From NCBI RefSeq assembly GCF_963921235.1, contig NC_086097.1, positions 72,852,001-72,916,000 on the forward strand: DNA of 64,000 bases, given 5' to 3'. The translations under genes were made by a program, and so were the position numbers. The notes below the pieces were generated by a model. The model was not told the DNA's origin. It saw only the letters and a list, made by a program, of their open reading frames with translations, and ran no database searches. The stretch is from Mobula hypostoma. Taxonomy: Eukaryota. Below, piece by piece: positions 1 to 13,254 of the stretch (its first letter is position 1; the number at the start of each line of letters is the position of its first letter).

Positions 1-43
1 AATGGTGGAGAGGTGAGAAACTTTAATGATAATTGATTGATGG

Positions 44-430
44 ATTCAAAGCTCAAAGGAAATTTATTATCAAAGTACATATATGTTACCAAATACTACC
101 CCGAGATTCATTTTCTTGCAGGTATTCACAGATTAAGAAAGAAATACAATAGAATCAATGAAAAACTACACACAAACGGCGACTGGCAACTAACCAATGT
201 GCAAAGGAAGACAAACTTTTCAATTATAAACAAACAAATAAATAAATAGCCAAATAAATAAATAAATAGGTAAATAATGCACAGAAAGTCAGTTATAGCG
301 CACTTGAAATTGAGTCTATAGATTATGTTCAGTGTTGTAGTAAGTGAAGTTGTCCACGTTGGTTCAGGAGCCTGATGGTTGAAAGATCGTAACTGTTCCT
401 GAACCTGGTGGTATAGGACTATACTCAGCC
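44..430 (-). mobile_element. 3' end fragment of a Rex1/Babar- or L2-type LINE
   Basis: Reverse complement ends in ...TACTTTGATAATAAATTTCCTTTGAGCTTTGAA, the same tail type seen on + at ~32520 and ~63650 next to Rex1-like coding remnants. Confidence 0.5.
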
Positions 431-931
431 TTTGCAAGCTCTGACAGTTCTGGTCCTTCACCTTGGGTTGCCTTCAATGTCAGCAATATTACTTGAGTTG
501 CTGTTGCATCTTTAATGCAACAAATTAATATTTCACAGGAACATTTACTAATAGTCATGGAAGAAGATATTGGGGCCTTTGAAACTGAACCCTTGAGAGA
601 ATAACTTAAAAATAGACAGAATGGAGAGTTTAGTGAGAGAATTCCAAACTTAGTGGCTTGATAAAGACACTAAACGCAGAGCCATCAGCAGTGAATAAAT
701 TAATTATGGAGATGTCCAAAAGGCATGAATTGGAAATATATTGAAGGGTTTGGGGGTCTCATGAGATTTTAGTGATGAGATGACGTAAGAATTTGGAAGG
801 GAAGATAAGAACATTAAAATTATGGTGTCGCTGATGTAGTTGGATTATGGGTGAACAGGACCTAGTGTAAGTTGCAGTAGGGGTAGCAGGATTTATGAAG
901 AGTTAGACAAACTGAGTCTAGATACAGAACA

Positions 932-1440
932 TCAGGAGCAGCGGGCTGGCTGCTGGCTGTGTGTCCAGAGACCTGAGCCTTTCTGGGGCCGACTCTCTGG
1001 GCGCAGAGCTCGGAAAAAGCGATGCAACAGACTTTTATCATAAACCAGCAAGTTGTTTGTTATATCTCCCCTCTCGTTGAGAAACAGGGACACCTCTTTT
1101 CCCATTATTAGGGAGAGAGAGAGAGCCTGTGGTATGTCGATCACCAGGTGAATGAGTAGCTTTTGGGATAGTGCAAGTCTGTGTCTTTATTAATGCTTTG
1201 CTGCACTTTTCAGTGCTCGGTGGAGGGCGCCGATGCTTTTTGGCTGGTGGGGGAAGGCATTGTTGCTTTGTTGTTGCTTATGTGTGGAAGAGGGGAGCTG
1301 GGGGGTTCTTTGGGGTTCTAACATTTAACTGTCATTCATCCTTTGGGGCACTCCTCTGCTTTCATGGATGTTTGCAAAGAAAAAGAATTTCATGATGTAT
1401 ATTGTATACATTTCTCCGACATTAAATGTACCCATTGAAA
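932..1440 (+). mobile_element. non-autonomous LINE-tail element (L2/Rex1-like 3' end)
   Basis: Ends ...CATGGATGTTTGCAAAGAAAAAGAATTTCATG...ATTAAATGTACCCATTGAA, resembling the tails at 21550-21630 and 23560-23660; no coding capacity. Confidence 0.4.
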
Positions 1441-1459
1441 CCAAGATAGAAAGAAGAGC

Positions 1460-2445
1460 AATACACACGAAATGGTGGTGGAACTCAGCAGGCCAGGCAA
1501 CATCTAGAAAAAGGGTACAGTCAACATTTCAGGCCGCAACTTTTTGGCAGGACCGGAGAAAAAATCTGAGGAATAGATTTAAAAGGTGGGGGGAGGGGAG
1601 AGAGACACACAAGGTGATAGGTGAAACCTGGAGGAAGAAGGATGAGGTAGAGAGCTGGGAAGCTGATTGGTGAAAGAGGCAGAAGGTCATGGAGGAAAGA
1701 AAGGGGAGAAGGAGCAACAGAGGGAGGTGATGAGTGGCCAAGGAGATAAGGTGAGAGAGGGAAAAGGGGATGGAGAATGGTGAAGGTGGGGGGCATTTCT
1801 GGAAGTTTAAGAAATCGATGTTCATTGCATCAGGTTGGCAGCTACCCAAATGGAATATAAGGTATTATTCCTCCAACCTAAGTATGGCCTCATCTCAACA
1901 GTGGAGGAGGTCATGGATGGACATATTGGAATGGAAATGGAAAGTGGAATTAAAATGGGTGGCTACTGGGAGATCGTGTTTGTTCTGGTGGGCAGAGCAT
2001 AGGTGCTTGTCGAAGCGGTCTCCCAATCTACATCGGGTCTCACAGGAGGACACACCGGGAGCACCGAACACAGTATATGACCCCAACAGACTCACAAGTG
2101 TTGCCTTACATTGATGGACTGTTTGGGGCCCTGAATGGTAGTGAGGGAGGAGGTGTAGGGGCAATTGTCACACTTGTTCTGATTGCAAGGATGAGTGCCA
2201 GGCATACAGAGATGAATAGACAGGAGAGTCACGTAGGGAGCAATCCGTGCTGAAAGCAGAAAGTGGCGGGGGGGGGGGAGATGATCAGTGTGGAGGTTCG
2301 AATGGACACGGGAGTCAGGCAGGGAGTGATCCCTGCAGAAAGCGGGGTGGGGGAGGGACCACAACTTCCTGCCTGGCTGGCTGAGTTCCTCCAGCATTTT
2401 GTTTGTGTTGCTCAGATTTCCAGCATCTGCAGATTTTCTCTTGTT
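1460..2445 (-). mobile_element. Penelope-like element, 3' part (GIY-YIG endonuclease remnant) with inverted terminal repeat copy
   Basis: Minus-strand peptides KCDNCPY, CETRCRLGDRFDKHLCS...DLPVATHFNS and GSCQPDAMNIDF match the C-terminal GIY-YIG region of Penelope-like elements. 1460-1503 is the reverse complement of ~2365-2410. Confidence 0.75.
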
Positions 2446-2565
2446 CCAGATAGAAAGAAGCTGCTGATGACACTCTTCAATCAATCACTGTCAACTGAAA
2501 CAGAATGAGTTGCCCTATACTCCTTTCCACACTGGTTACAGAAAGCCTGAGCACAGATGAAAGAA

Positions 2566-3060
2566 ATAAAGAAAACCTACAGCACAATACGGGCCCTTCA
2601 GCCCAAAATACTGTGCCGAACATGTACTTACTTTGGAAATTACCTAGGTTTACCTATAGTGGTCTATTTCTAAGCTCCATGTACCTATCCAAGAGTCTCT
2701 TAAAAGACCCTAATGGATCCGCCTCCACCATTGTTGCTGGCAGCCCATTCCATGCACTCACCACTCTCTGCGTAAAAAAAACTTACCCCTGACATCTCCT
2801 CTGTACCTGCTTCCAAGCACCTTAAAACTGTGCCCTCTCATGTTAGCCATTTCAGCCCTGGGAAAAAGCCTCTATCAGGTCACCTCTCATCCTCCGCTGC
2901 TCCAAGGAGAAAAGGCCGAGTTCACTCAACCTGTTCTCATAAGGCATGCTCCTCAATCCAGGCAACATCCTTGTAGATCTCCTCTGCATACTTTCTATAG
3001 TTTCCACATCCTTCCTGTAGTGAGCTGACCAGCACTGACCATAGTATTCCAAGTGGGGTC
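2566..3060 (-). mobile_element. CR1 LINE 3' fragment
   Basis: ORF 2852-3052 EYYGQCWSAHYRKDVETIESMQRRSTRMLPGL...LGLFSLEQRRMRGDLIE is CR1 ORF2 C-terminus; the 3' UTR closely matches 13460-13760. Confidence 0.85.
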
Positions 3061-6000
3061 TTTCTTTCTTTTCAAATCTTTTTATTGCATTATAATCAGT
3101 TAAATGAACATATCAATAATAACAATACCAAGATAACAGGATTACAATAATAGCAATCATATATACAAACATAAGTTCCAAAATCATATTCAATCAGGTC
3201 CTCCCAATCTCTTGATAATTGAAACCAAAAAAAAGTTCGAAAGATTTGTTCAAGAAAAAAAACAAAAACCCCCTAAACTAAATAGAAAACAAAATAGAAA
3301 AAAAAACTGAGCTGCCATAATTTGTCAATTATAATTATTCTGTCCTTGACTCCGTTCCTCCTTCCATACACAATTAAATATTAGGAAAAAGGGTTCAAAA
3401 AGAAAATCAGCTTAAGTCATATGTATGGAAATATTGAACAAAGGACGCCCAAGTTTCATTGAATTTAATCGAGGAATTAACCGTGCTACTTCTGTTTTTT
3501 TATATAGGTTTAAACAAGCTATACTTTGAGAAAACTATTGAAGTGTAGTAGGGGGATCAAAATCTTTCCATTTAAATAAAATGGATCTTCTGGCCATCAG
3601 CATAACAAATGCTATCAAATGGCAAGCTGAAGATGATAAATAATTAGAATCAATCATTGGTAATCCAAAAATTGCAGTAATAGGATGAAGTTGTGAATCA
3701 ATATGTAAAACTGCTGAAACAATATCAAAGATGTCTTTCCAATATTTTCTCAAAGGAGCGCAGGGTTAAAGAAGCAACCTCAGAGCTACATCCGTCACAC
3801 GTAGGATTTATATGGGAATAAAAACGGGCTAGTTTATCTTTTGACATATATGTTCTATGAACCACTTTAAATTATATTAAAGTATGTCTAGCACACATTG
3901 AAGAAGTATTAACTAATTTAGGAATCTTTTCCCGTTCTTCTATGGATATATTTATTTGAAGTTCTCGTTCCCATTCATTCTTTATTTTGTCAAATACCCC
4001 TGAAGGGATTTTCATGATCAAGTCGTAGATAATTGGTATTACACTCTTTTGTAAGGGGTTTAAACTTAAAATTTTTTACGTAATATCAATTTGATGTGAC
4101 ATCAGAAAGGTAGGCAAAGTAACATTCAAAAAATTTCTAATCTGTTGATATCTAAAAAAAAGTGTGATCTAGGTAAATTGTATTTATTAGATAATTGTTC
4201 AAAAGGCATAAAACAGTTATCCATAAATAAATCACAAAAACAGTTTATTCCTTTCATTTTCCAAAAAAGAAAGGCTTGATCAATTCTGGATGGCTGAAAA
4301 GGGTAAATTTATTCAAATCAAAATATTTTCGAAATTGGAACCATATTCGTATTGTATATTTAATTATTGGGTTAGTAATTTGTTTGTTCAATTTAGTAAA
4401 TGCAAAGGGGAGCAAAGCCCCTAAAATAGACGCCAGTGAAAATCCTTGCACAGACTCACGTTCAAGATTTAACCACCTTGGACTTTGGGTTTTATCTGAC
4501 TCTTGGGTCCAAAATGTTAAATTTCAGATATTAATTGCCCAATAGTAAAATCTAAAGTTTGGCATCGCCAAACCACCATCCTTTTTGGATTTCTGTAAAT
4601 ATTTCTTACCCAACCTGGGATTTTCACTCTGCCATATATATGAAGAAATTTTAGAATCAATAATATCAAAAAAGGATTTAGGAATAAAAATTGGTACTAC
4701 CTGAAATAAATAAAGAAACTTAGGTAGAACTTAGGTAAAAATTAGCCTTGAATAGGTCTTGATGTTTCTTAGTAATTTTAACCCCTAAATACATAAAGTA
4801 TTCTGTAGCCAATCTAAATGGAAAATTTCTGTAAATTAAAGTTTGCGTATCTAATGGGAATGACTGGCTTTTCAAAATTTAGTTTGTAACCAGAAAAGCT
4901 ACTAAATTGAGCAAGTAATAAATTTACTAAAGGAAGGGATTTCTCTGGATTAGAAATATATAACAACAAGTCATCTGCATATAGTAATATCTTATATGTT
5001 TCATTGTCGGGAATAATGCCAAATGTTATTTGATGAGTCTCGAAAAGCAGTTGCCAAGGGTTCTAAAGCAATGTCAAATAGTAAAGAGCTTAAAGGACAG
5101 CCCTGCCTAGTACCATGAAAAAGCCGAAAAAAGGGAGATCTCTGACTATTTGTAACTACAGAGACCAAAGGTGTTAATTTAATCCAGGATATAAATTTAG
5201 GACTAAAATTAAATTTCTCAAGTGTATTAAACAAATATTTCCATTCAATTCTGTCAAATGCCTTCTCAGCATCCAATGAAATAATACATTTTTGGAATTT
5301 TAGGTGAGGAATAATAAATAACATTCAATAATCTAACATTAAAGTATGAGTAACAATTTTTAATAAATCCTGTCTGATCTTCTGATACAATTTTGGGCAA
5401 CACGTCTTCCAATCTAATTGCTATTATTTTAGGAAGAATTTTAAAATCTACATTCGACAAAGATATTGGTCTGTATGAAGCACATACAGTAGAGTTTTAA
5501 TCTTTTTTTAGAATTAAGGAAATTGATGCTTCATAAAAGGATTGTGGTAATTTGCCTATCAATAAAGCACCTTTAAAAATTCTACTTAACCAAGGAGAGC
5601 GTGAGTCAGAAAAATGTTTTAAAAATTCTGCTGTAAATGCATCCATACCAGGAGCTTTACCGGAGTTCATTGAAGAAATTGCTTTCTGTATTTCTTCCTC
5701 CATAATCAGTGTATCTAATAGTAAATATTCATCAGATGATAGTTTGGGGATATTCAATTTCCCTAAGAATTCATGCATTATAGCAGTATTGTCAGGGAAT
5801 TCTGACTGATATAAAGAGGTATAGAATTCTTGAAAAGATTTATTAGTCTCATCATGGTCAACCATAAAATTGTCATCCTGTTTACAAACTTGAATAATCT
5901 GACATTTAACTGAAACGGGTTTCAATTGATTGGCCAATAATTTCCCCTATTTATCACCATGTATATAAAATTGAGATTTAGTTTTAAGTAACTGGTTTTC

Positions 6001-6890
6001 AAAAGGAGATGTTAATAACAAACTATGTTGCATCTGAAGTTCAACTCTCTTTTCATAAAGCTCCAGATTGGGAGTAACTAAATATTCTTTATCAATTTCT
6101 TTAATCTTATCAACCAATATACAGATTTCATTATTGGTTCACTTTTTTAATCCAGCAGAGTATGAAATAATTCGTCCATGAATATATGCTTTAAAAGTTT
6201 CCCATTATATCTCGTTGGAATTTCCTTCAGTGGAGTTAGTTGAAAAGAAAAAAGCAATCTGTTCTTTGATGAAACTATCAATCTTTAAGTCTCGAAGTAA
6301 GATCAAGTTGAACCACCATTGTCTAGTTCTAAAACTTACATCAGCTAATTTAATTGATAATTTCAAAGGTGCATGATCAGAAATAGCAATTGCATCATAG
6401 TCACAAGCAGTGACAGATGGTACTAATCGGGAGTCAATAAATATAGAAACACTTTCACCTTTGCAGATGAATTAGAATGAAACTGCATGCCCTTCCAAAA
6501 CCAAAAAAAAATGTTGATTGTCCTCCTTCTTCACATGAGTCTCCTGTGCAAAAATAATCTGAGCTTTCAGTCTATGAAATATTTTTTTAAATTTTTCATT
6601 TAATCAGATGGTTCAAACCATTAGTATTCCATGCAACAAAATTAATAGTCTTATCCATTTTCAATGAGTAAATCATATAGTGTGTAAAAGGTTAATCCTA
6701 CTGCAGGGAAATCATGTTCCCAGAAAAAGGAAAACAGGTCAAAAGAGGAACCAGAAGTCGCGGCAGTCAGACATATTTGTAGTTTCAGGTCAGCCCAGGG
6801 AGAACAGAAAGGAAAAAGAAGACACACCTCCCCCACCCTATAAGATCCGGAAACTAGCCAATAGACAGCTAGAAAGCAAACTATACTAAC
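3061..6890 (-). mobile_element. L1-clade LINE, decayed ORF2 (EN-RT-Cys) with A-rich tail
   Basis: ATG at 6658 gives MDKTINFVAWNTNGLN (APE start). Other motifs: SGKAPGMDAFTAEF, DQTGFIKN, ISLDAEKAFDRIEW, GTRQGCPLSSLLF, LYADDL (~4968-4986), PTCDGC (~3790). T-rich + strand at 3061 is the tail. Many stops and frameshifts. Confidence 0.9.
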
Positions 6891-7312
6891 AAGTTCAATG
6901 ATTGTCACTTATCATAGGATTGGTGAGAGCTATACAGCCAAGGAGAAAGGCAGATGGCAGCTTCTATTACACCTGAAAGGTAGTGATGAAGGAGAGTATA
7001 GGATTCAAGTGGTCTGTAACACATGAAGTGTGCAGTGCCAATCTCTTCTAATGGGCACATTCCCTGTTCCAGTTAGAATGCCATGCTGATCCCCATATTT
7101 CACCACAAGGTGGTCCTATCTGTCATCCTGGCCCACACAGCACCAATTGTTGCACGCAATCTCTTCGCACAAAGTTGTGGGGCTTTTCATTGTTGCAAGA
7201 ATGTCATAAGAAGGCAGGAATTCATGTTAGATTCCCAGTAAGTAAGGCCTATTTATTATGCCAGGTTACCAGTATAGAATAAGAGCTGGTAATGAATCTC
7301 CTTACACGTAAA

Positions 7313-8180
7313 GAGATCGAAGATGGCTGCATGCTCTGTTGGAGTGGCCCCTCCACATCCAAACAAAGATGTAACTGTTTGTCCTTTCTGTCTTTTATGT
7401 GATCACAAGACACTGTTGGATATTGAGACTATCGAGTGCTGCAGGCCTGTCCCGCAGATGAGTTGCTCAATAATGGTGGAGCTGGACTTGTTGCGTGTTC
7501 TGTTGCCACCCAAGGAGAAAGGCATCAAAGGCAGTGCGTAGAGGTGTAGAGGGGTTGTGCAGTCCAACTTACGGCACAAATGATTGTCTTGGACATTTTT
7601 CTTGTGATCACAAGACCCTGTTGGACATTGGTAATGTAGAATACTGCAAGTCCAGTTCCCTGGTTTATTGGTAAGACTTGGCTTATTGGTAAGACCGACA
7701 ACGGGAGAGTGACATGGCCTTGGTCGTTGCACAGACTAGGTCCTCATGTCACAGGATCGTCTGTTGCAGCCGCCCAGGAAAGGATTCGCTGGAGGTGCTG
7801 TAGGAAAGAGCTGGGGTCCATGCTGGGTTGGGCACTGGTCCCCCCGTCTGTGCTGCCCTCTAGTGTTCACACGGTGGATGACAAGCTGGACTGCATTTCT
7901 CTGTGGCTGCACTAGCACATGTAGAGTACTGTTGCATGATCGTTCTTGCTGAAACATGGCTCCGGGACAGCATCCTATGCACCATCAAACTCCAGGACAT
8001 GACATCAGGAACTTAGGCTATATATTTTATTTGTGAAAATGTTTTTTTCTGCTTTTGTAACTGTATGTACTGTGTGATTGTTGGGACTGTGTTTGTACCT
8101 TAGCCCTGGAGGAACAGTGTTTTTGTTTGAACTGTGTTCATGTGTTTGGCTAAATGACAGTTAAACTTGAACTTGAACTA
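7313..8180 (+). mobile_element. internally deleted Rex1/L2-type LINE (5' end + EN start joined to 3' tail)
   Basis: Starts with AAGATGGC; encodes SVHTVDDKLDCI...CCMIVLAETWL (~7860-7962, APE N-terminus); ends in an (AACTTG)n tail at 8164-8179. Confidence 0.55.
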
Positions 8181-8280
8181 ATGCCTCCATTTAGCACTGA
8201 TTCCTTGGAAGTCTCCTGAGCACAAAACATGGTCCTGGTTTACTGATGTCAATCTCTCTAATTTGTAGATTCCTATTTCT

Positions 8281-11200
8281 AGCGGCCCAATCAGCAGCGG
8301 GAGCAGTGCACGGCAAAACAGGTTACTCGCAGGTCAGCGGTGCTCAAGGAGAGCTTTGTGGGCATTCGGTGTCATTCCAGTGGCCAAATCAGCAGTGGGA
8401 GCAGTACAGAGAGGAGTAAATAAAAGTACAGAAGAGGCAAGTGGAGCAGCCATTGTTAGGAGTGGGCCAGTGGTGAGAGTGCAAGTGTCAAGCTTTGGCT
8501 CGGAAGAGGTGTTGCCTCTGGATAAGTTGTCTGGGTCAAGTTTCCCTTTTTCTTACTGCGTCAAGGGTACTTACAAGTGTAATTTAGTGTAATTTAAGTG
8601 GTCGTTGTGTGTTCTTCATGCCAGATGTTGGAGTCTCCCAGGGAACAATATCTGCATGAAATGCATCCAGCTGCAGTTCCTTGAAGGCTGTGTTAGGGAT
8701 CTGGAGCAGCAACTGGATGACCTTTGGCTAGTACGGGAGAGTGAGGAGATCATCAATCAGAGTTACAGGGAAGTAGTCACACCTAAACTGCAAGAGGCAG
8801 GTTGCTGGGTGACAGTCAGGAGAAGAAATGGGATGGTGAATAGCCAGGTAGTGCAGAGCACACCTGTGGCCATTCCCCTCAATAATAGTATACCATTTTG
8901 GAAACTGTTGTTGGGAGTGACCTCTCAGGTTGTTGGCACTCAGCATGGTCCATGGTGCAGAAATGAAAGAGGGAGAAGAGTGGTAGTGATAGGGGACTCA
9001 ATTGTCAGAGGAACAGACAGGAGGTTCTGTGGACATGAATGGGACACCCAGATGGTATGTTGCCTCCAGATGCCGGAGTCAGGGAGCCCTTGGATCATGT
9101 CCACAGCATTTTGAATGGGGAGTGAGTGAAACCAGATGTCTTTGTGCATATTGGTACTAATGACACAGGAAGGAAAGCAAAGAGGTCCTGAAGAGAGAAC
9201 TTAGAGAGCTGGCAGAAAGTTGAGAAGGAGGAACTCCAGGGTAGTAATTTCTGGATTGCTGCCTGTGTTGTGCACTGGTGAGGGTAGAAACAGAAGGATT
9301 TGGCAGATAAATGTGTGGCTGAGAAGAGGGCGCAGGGGGCTGTGCTTCAGGTTCTTTGATCATTGGGATCTCTTCTAGGGGAGGTATGACCTGTACAAAG
9401 GGGACAGGTTGCACCTGAACGCGAGGGGAACCAATATTCTTGTGGGCAGTTTTGTTAGAGCTTTTGCGGAGGGTTTAAAGTAATTTGGCAGGGGGATAGG
9501 AACCGAAGTGAAGGGACTCAGGATAGGATGGATGGTAAAAAAACAAAAATAGGGTGCAGTCAGACTGGCAGGAAAGGCAGACTATGATAGGACAAAACTG
9601 CAGCCAGCAAGGTGAGTATCTGTGCATTAGGGACGCAGAATCAAAAAGGGTAGCAAATACAGTACTCAAAGTGTTATATCTCAATGCACTAAGTATAAGA
9701 AATAAGGTGGATGATCTTGTTGCACTTTTACAGATTGTCAGGGATGATGTTGTGGCCATCATTGAATGGTGGCTGAAGGATGGTTGTAGTTGGGAGGTAA
9801 ACGTCCACGGTTACAGGATGTATCAGAGGAATAGAAAGGTAGGAAGATGGGATGGCATGGTTCTGCTGGTAAAAAAGGCATCAAATCAGTAGAAAGCTGT
9901 GACATAGGATCGGCAGATGTTGAATCCTCGTGGGTTGAGTTGAAAGACTGCAAGGGTAAAAAGACTCTGATGGCAGTTATATACAGGCCTCCAAACAATA
10001 GCTGGGATGTGGAATACAGATTACAATGGGGAAATAGAAAAGGTGCGTCAAAAGGGCAATGTTATGTTAGTCACGTGAGATGTTAACATGCAGGTCGATT
10101 GGGAAAATAAGGATGGTAATGGATCTCAAGAGAGTAAATTTGTTGAATGCCTTTGAGATGGATTTTTGTCGTTGAGGCTACTGGTGGATTAACTACTGGA
10201 TTGGGTGTTATGTAATGAACTGGAGGCAGTTAGAGAGGATAAGGTAAAGTAACCCTTAGTAGACAGCGATCGCAATATAACTGAGTTCAACTTAAAATTT
10301 GATAGGGAGAAAGTAAAGTCTGATGTAGCAGTATTTCAGTGGAATAAAGGAAATTACAGTGGGAAGAGAATGAAAATAGTCAAAGTAAATTGGAAGGAGG
10401 TACTACCAAGGATTACAGCAAAGCAGCAATGGCATGCGTTTCTGGAAAGAATGAGGAAGGTACAGGATAGATGTATTCCAAAACCAAAGAAATACTCAAA
10501 TGGCAGAATAGTACAATGATGGCTGACAACAGAAGTCAAAGCTAATGTAAATGCAAAAGAGAGGACACACAACAAAGCAAAAATTAGCGGGAAGATAGAG
10601 GACTGGGAAGCTTTTAAAAACCTACAGAGAACAACTAAAAGAATCAATAGGAGGGAAAAGAAGAAATATGAAAGCAAACTAGCAAACAAAATTAAAGTGT
10701 ATAGTAAAAGCTTTTTTCAAATATATAAAAAACTGAAAGAGAGATGAGAATGGATATAAGACTGCTAGAAAAAGAGGCCGGAGAAATAAAAACAGGGGAA
10801 AAGGAGATGGCAAATGAATTAAATGAGTATTTTGCATCAACCTTCACTGTGGAAGACACTTACAGTGTGCCAGTGGTTGAAGGGTGTGAGGGAACAGACG
10901 CGAGTGCAGTTACTTTTACAAGGGAGAAGGTGCTCCAAAAGCTGAAAGACCTAAGGGTAAATAAGTCACCTGGACCAGATGAACTGCACCCTAGGGTTCT
11001 GAAAGAGGTAGCGGTAGAGATTGTGGAGGCATTAGTAATGATCTTTCAAGGATCATTGAATTCTGGCATGGTTCTAGAGGACTGGAAAATTGCAAATTTC
11101 ATTCCACTCTTTAAGAAATGAGAAAAGCACCAGAATAGAAATTATAGACCAGTAAGCCTGACCTCAGTGGTTGGGAAGATGTTGGAGTCAATTGTTAAGG

Positions 11201-12895
11201 ATGAAGTAATGGAGTACTTGGTGACACATGAAAAGATAGGACAAAGTCAGTTTGGTTTCCTTAAGGGAAAATCTTGTCTGACAAACCTGTTGGAATTCTT
11301 TGAAGAGATTGCAAGTTGGATAGATAAAGGGGGTGTAGTGGATGTTGTATATTTGGATTTTCAGAAGGCCTTTGACAAGGTGCCACACATGAGGCTGCTT
11401 GCCAAGTTAAGAGCCCATGGTATTACAGTAAAGTTATTAGTATGGTTAGAGCATTGGCTAATTGTTAGGAGACAGCGTTTGGGAATAAAAAGGTGCTTTT
11501 CTGGTTGGCTGCCACTTACTAGTCGTGTTCCGCAGGGGTCAGTGTTGGGACAGCTTCTTTTTAAGCTGTATATCAATAATTTAGATCAGTGGTCCCCAAA
11601 CTCTGGGCCCCAGACCGACAGCGGGCTGCGAAGCATGCAGGGACCAGCGGTAGCTGGAACGCACCCAGCATATCTTTAAGAAAAAAGCCGAAATAAACAA
11701 GCTAATTAATTAGGTGCCGCCCAGCACGTAAGTGTCGGCCCAGATCAGAGGCGACGCAATTGGCAATCGCCTCTGATCTGGGCTGACATTTACTTGCCGG
11801 GCAGCACCTAATTAATTAGCCTGTTTATTTCAGCTTTTTTCTTAAAGATTTGCTTTGTGCGTCCCGGCTACCATTGCACCCCTGCATGCTTCGCAGCCCG
11901 GAGGTTGGGGACCATTGATTTAGATGATGAAATAGATGGCTTTGTTGCCAAGTTGACAGATGATACAAAGATAGGTGGAGGGGCAGGTAGTGCTGAGGAA
12001 ACAGGTAGACTGCAGAAGGACTTAGACAGGTTATTAGAACAGGAGGAAAATGGTAAATGAAGTAAAATGTTGGAAAATTCATGGTCATGTATTTTGGTAG
12101 AAGAAATAAATGTGCGGACTATTTTCTAAATGGGGAGAAAATCCAAAAATCTGAGATGCAAGTGGACTTGGAAGTCCTTGTGCAGACCACCCTAAAGGTT
12201 AATTTGTAGGTTGAGTCAGTGGTGTGAAAGGCAAATGCAATGTTGGCATTCATTTCAAGAGGTCTAGAATACAAGAGCAAGGATATGATGCTGAGGCTTT
12301 ATAAGGCACTGGTAAGGCCTCACCTTGAGTATTGTGAACAGTTTTGGGCCCCTCATCTGCATAAAGATGTGCCGACATTGGAGAGGGTTCGGAGGAGGTT
12401 CACAAGGATGATTCTGGAGGTGAAAGTCTTATTGTATTGTATTGTATGAAAAACATTTGATGGCTCTGGGCCTGTACTCGAATGAATTTAGAAGGATGAG
12501 GGGGTTCTCATTGAAACCTTTGGAATGCTGAAAGCCTAGACAGAGCAGGTGTTGAAAGGATGTTTCCCATGGTGGAGGAGTCTAGGAGAAGAAAGCACAG
12601 CCTCAGGATAGTGGGGCATCCATTTAAAACTGAAATGTGGAGAAAATTCTTGAGCTAGAGGATGGTGAATTTGTGGAATTTGTTGCCACAGGCGTCTGTG
12701 GAAGACAGGTTGTTGGGTGTACTGAAGGTGTAGATTGATAGGTTTTTGATTGGTCAAAGCATCAAAGGTTATGGGGAGAAGGCCGGGCAGTGGGGCTGAG
12801 AAGGAGAGAACATAGGATCAGCTATGATTGAATGGCGGAGCAGGCTCAATGGAATGTCTTAATTCTGCTCCTAGGTCTTATGGTCTTATGGTCTT
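8281..12895 (+). mobile_element. near full-length CR1 LINE (ORF1 Zn-finger/esterase + ORF2 EN-RT), decayed
   Basis: ORF1: CMKC, VVVIGDSIVRG, VHIGTND. ORF2: LYLNALSIRNK, YRPPN, SPGPDELHPRVLKE, YLDFQKAFDKVPH, PQGSVLG, LTDDTKIGG, RPHLEYCEQFW. (TCTTATGG)n tail at ~12873-12893. Confidence 0.92.
11587..11917. mobile_element. palindromic hAT-type MITE (331 bp)
   Basis: Termini CAGTGGTCCCCAA / TTGGGGACCATTG. Perfect 8-bp TSD ATTTAGAT (11579-11586, 11918-11925). The two halves are inverted copies around ~11760. Interrupts the CR1 RT. Confidence 0.92.
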
Positions 12896-13254
12896 TTTTC
12901 TCTACAGTTTTTTTGAAACAATGGCGTTACATTAGCCAACTTCCAATCTACAGGAAATGTTCCATAATCAATAGAATTTTAGAAGTTAACAACATATACA
13001 ACATTTTTTTCTATACTAGTGTTCTGGCATGCAAATTACCAGGCTAAAGAGATTTATTAGCTTTTATTCCCACTAATTTCTACAGCTCTTTAACCTCCTC
13101 ACATTTCCTTTGGCTCTTCCTCTTCATTCGACTCTGTGTCTGGGATCTGGGTTATTTTGTATCTTGTTCTGTGAAGATAGAGACCAAGTATTTGTTTAAT
13201 TGCTGTTCCATCTCTTTGCTCCTCATGACAAAGTCTCCTATATGTGATGGCATT

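Noticed and set aside
2461..2503. CTGATGA...GAAA as a hammerhead ribozyme
   Set aside because: The intervening sequence forms no convincing stem II and it lies outside the Penelope terminal repeat.
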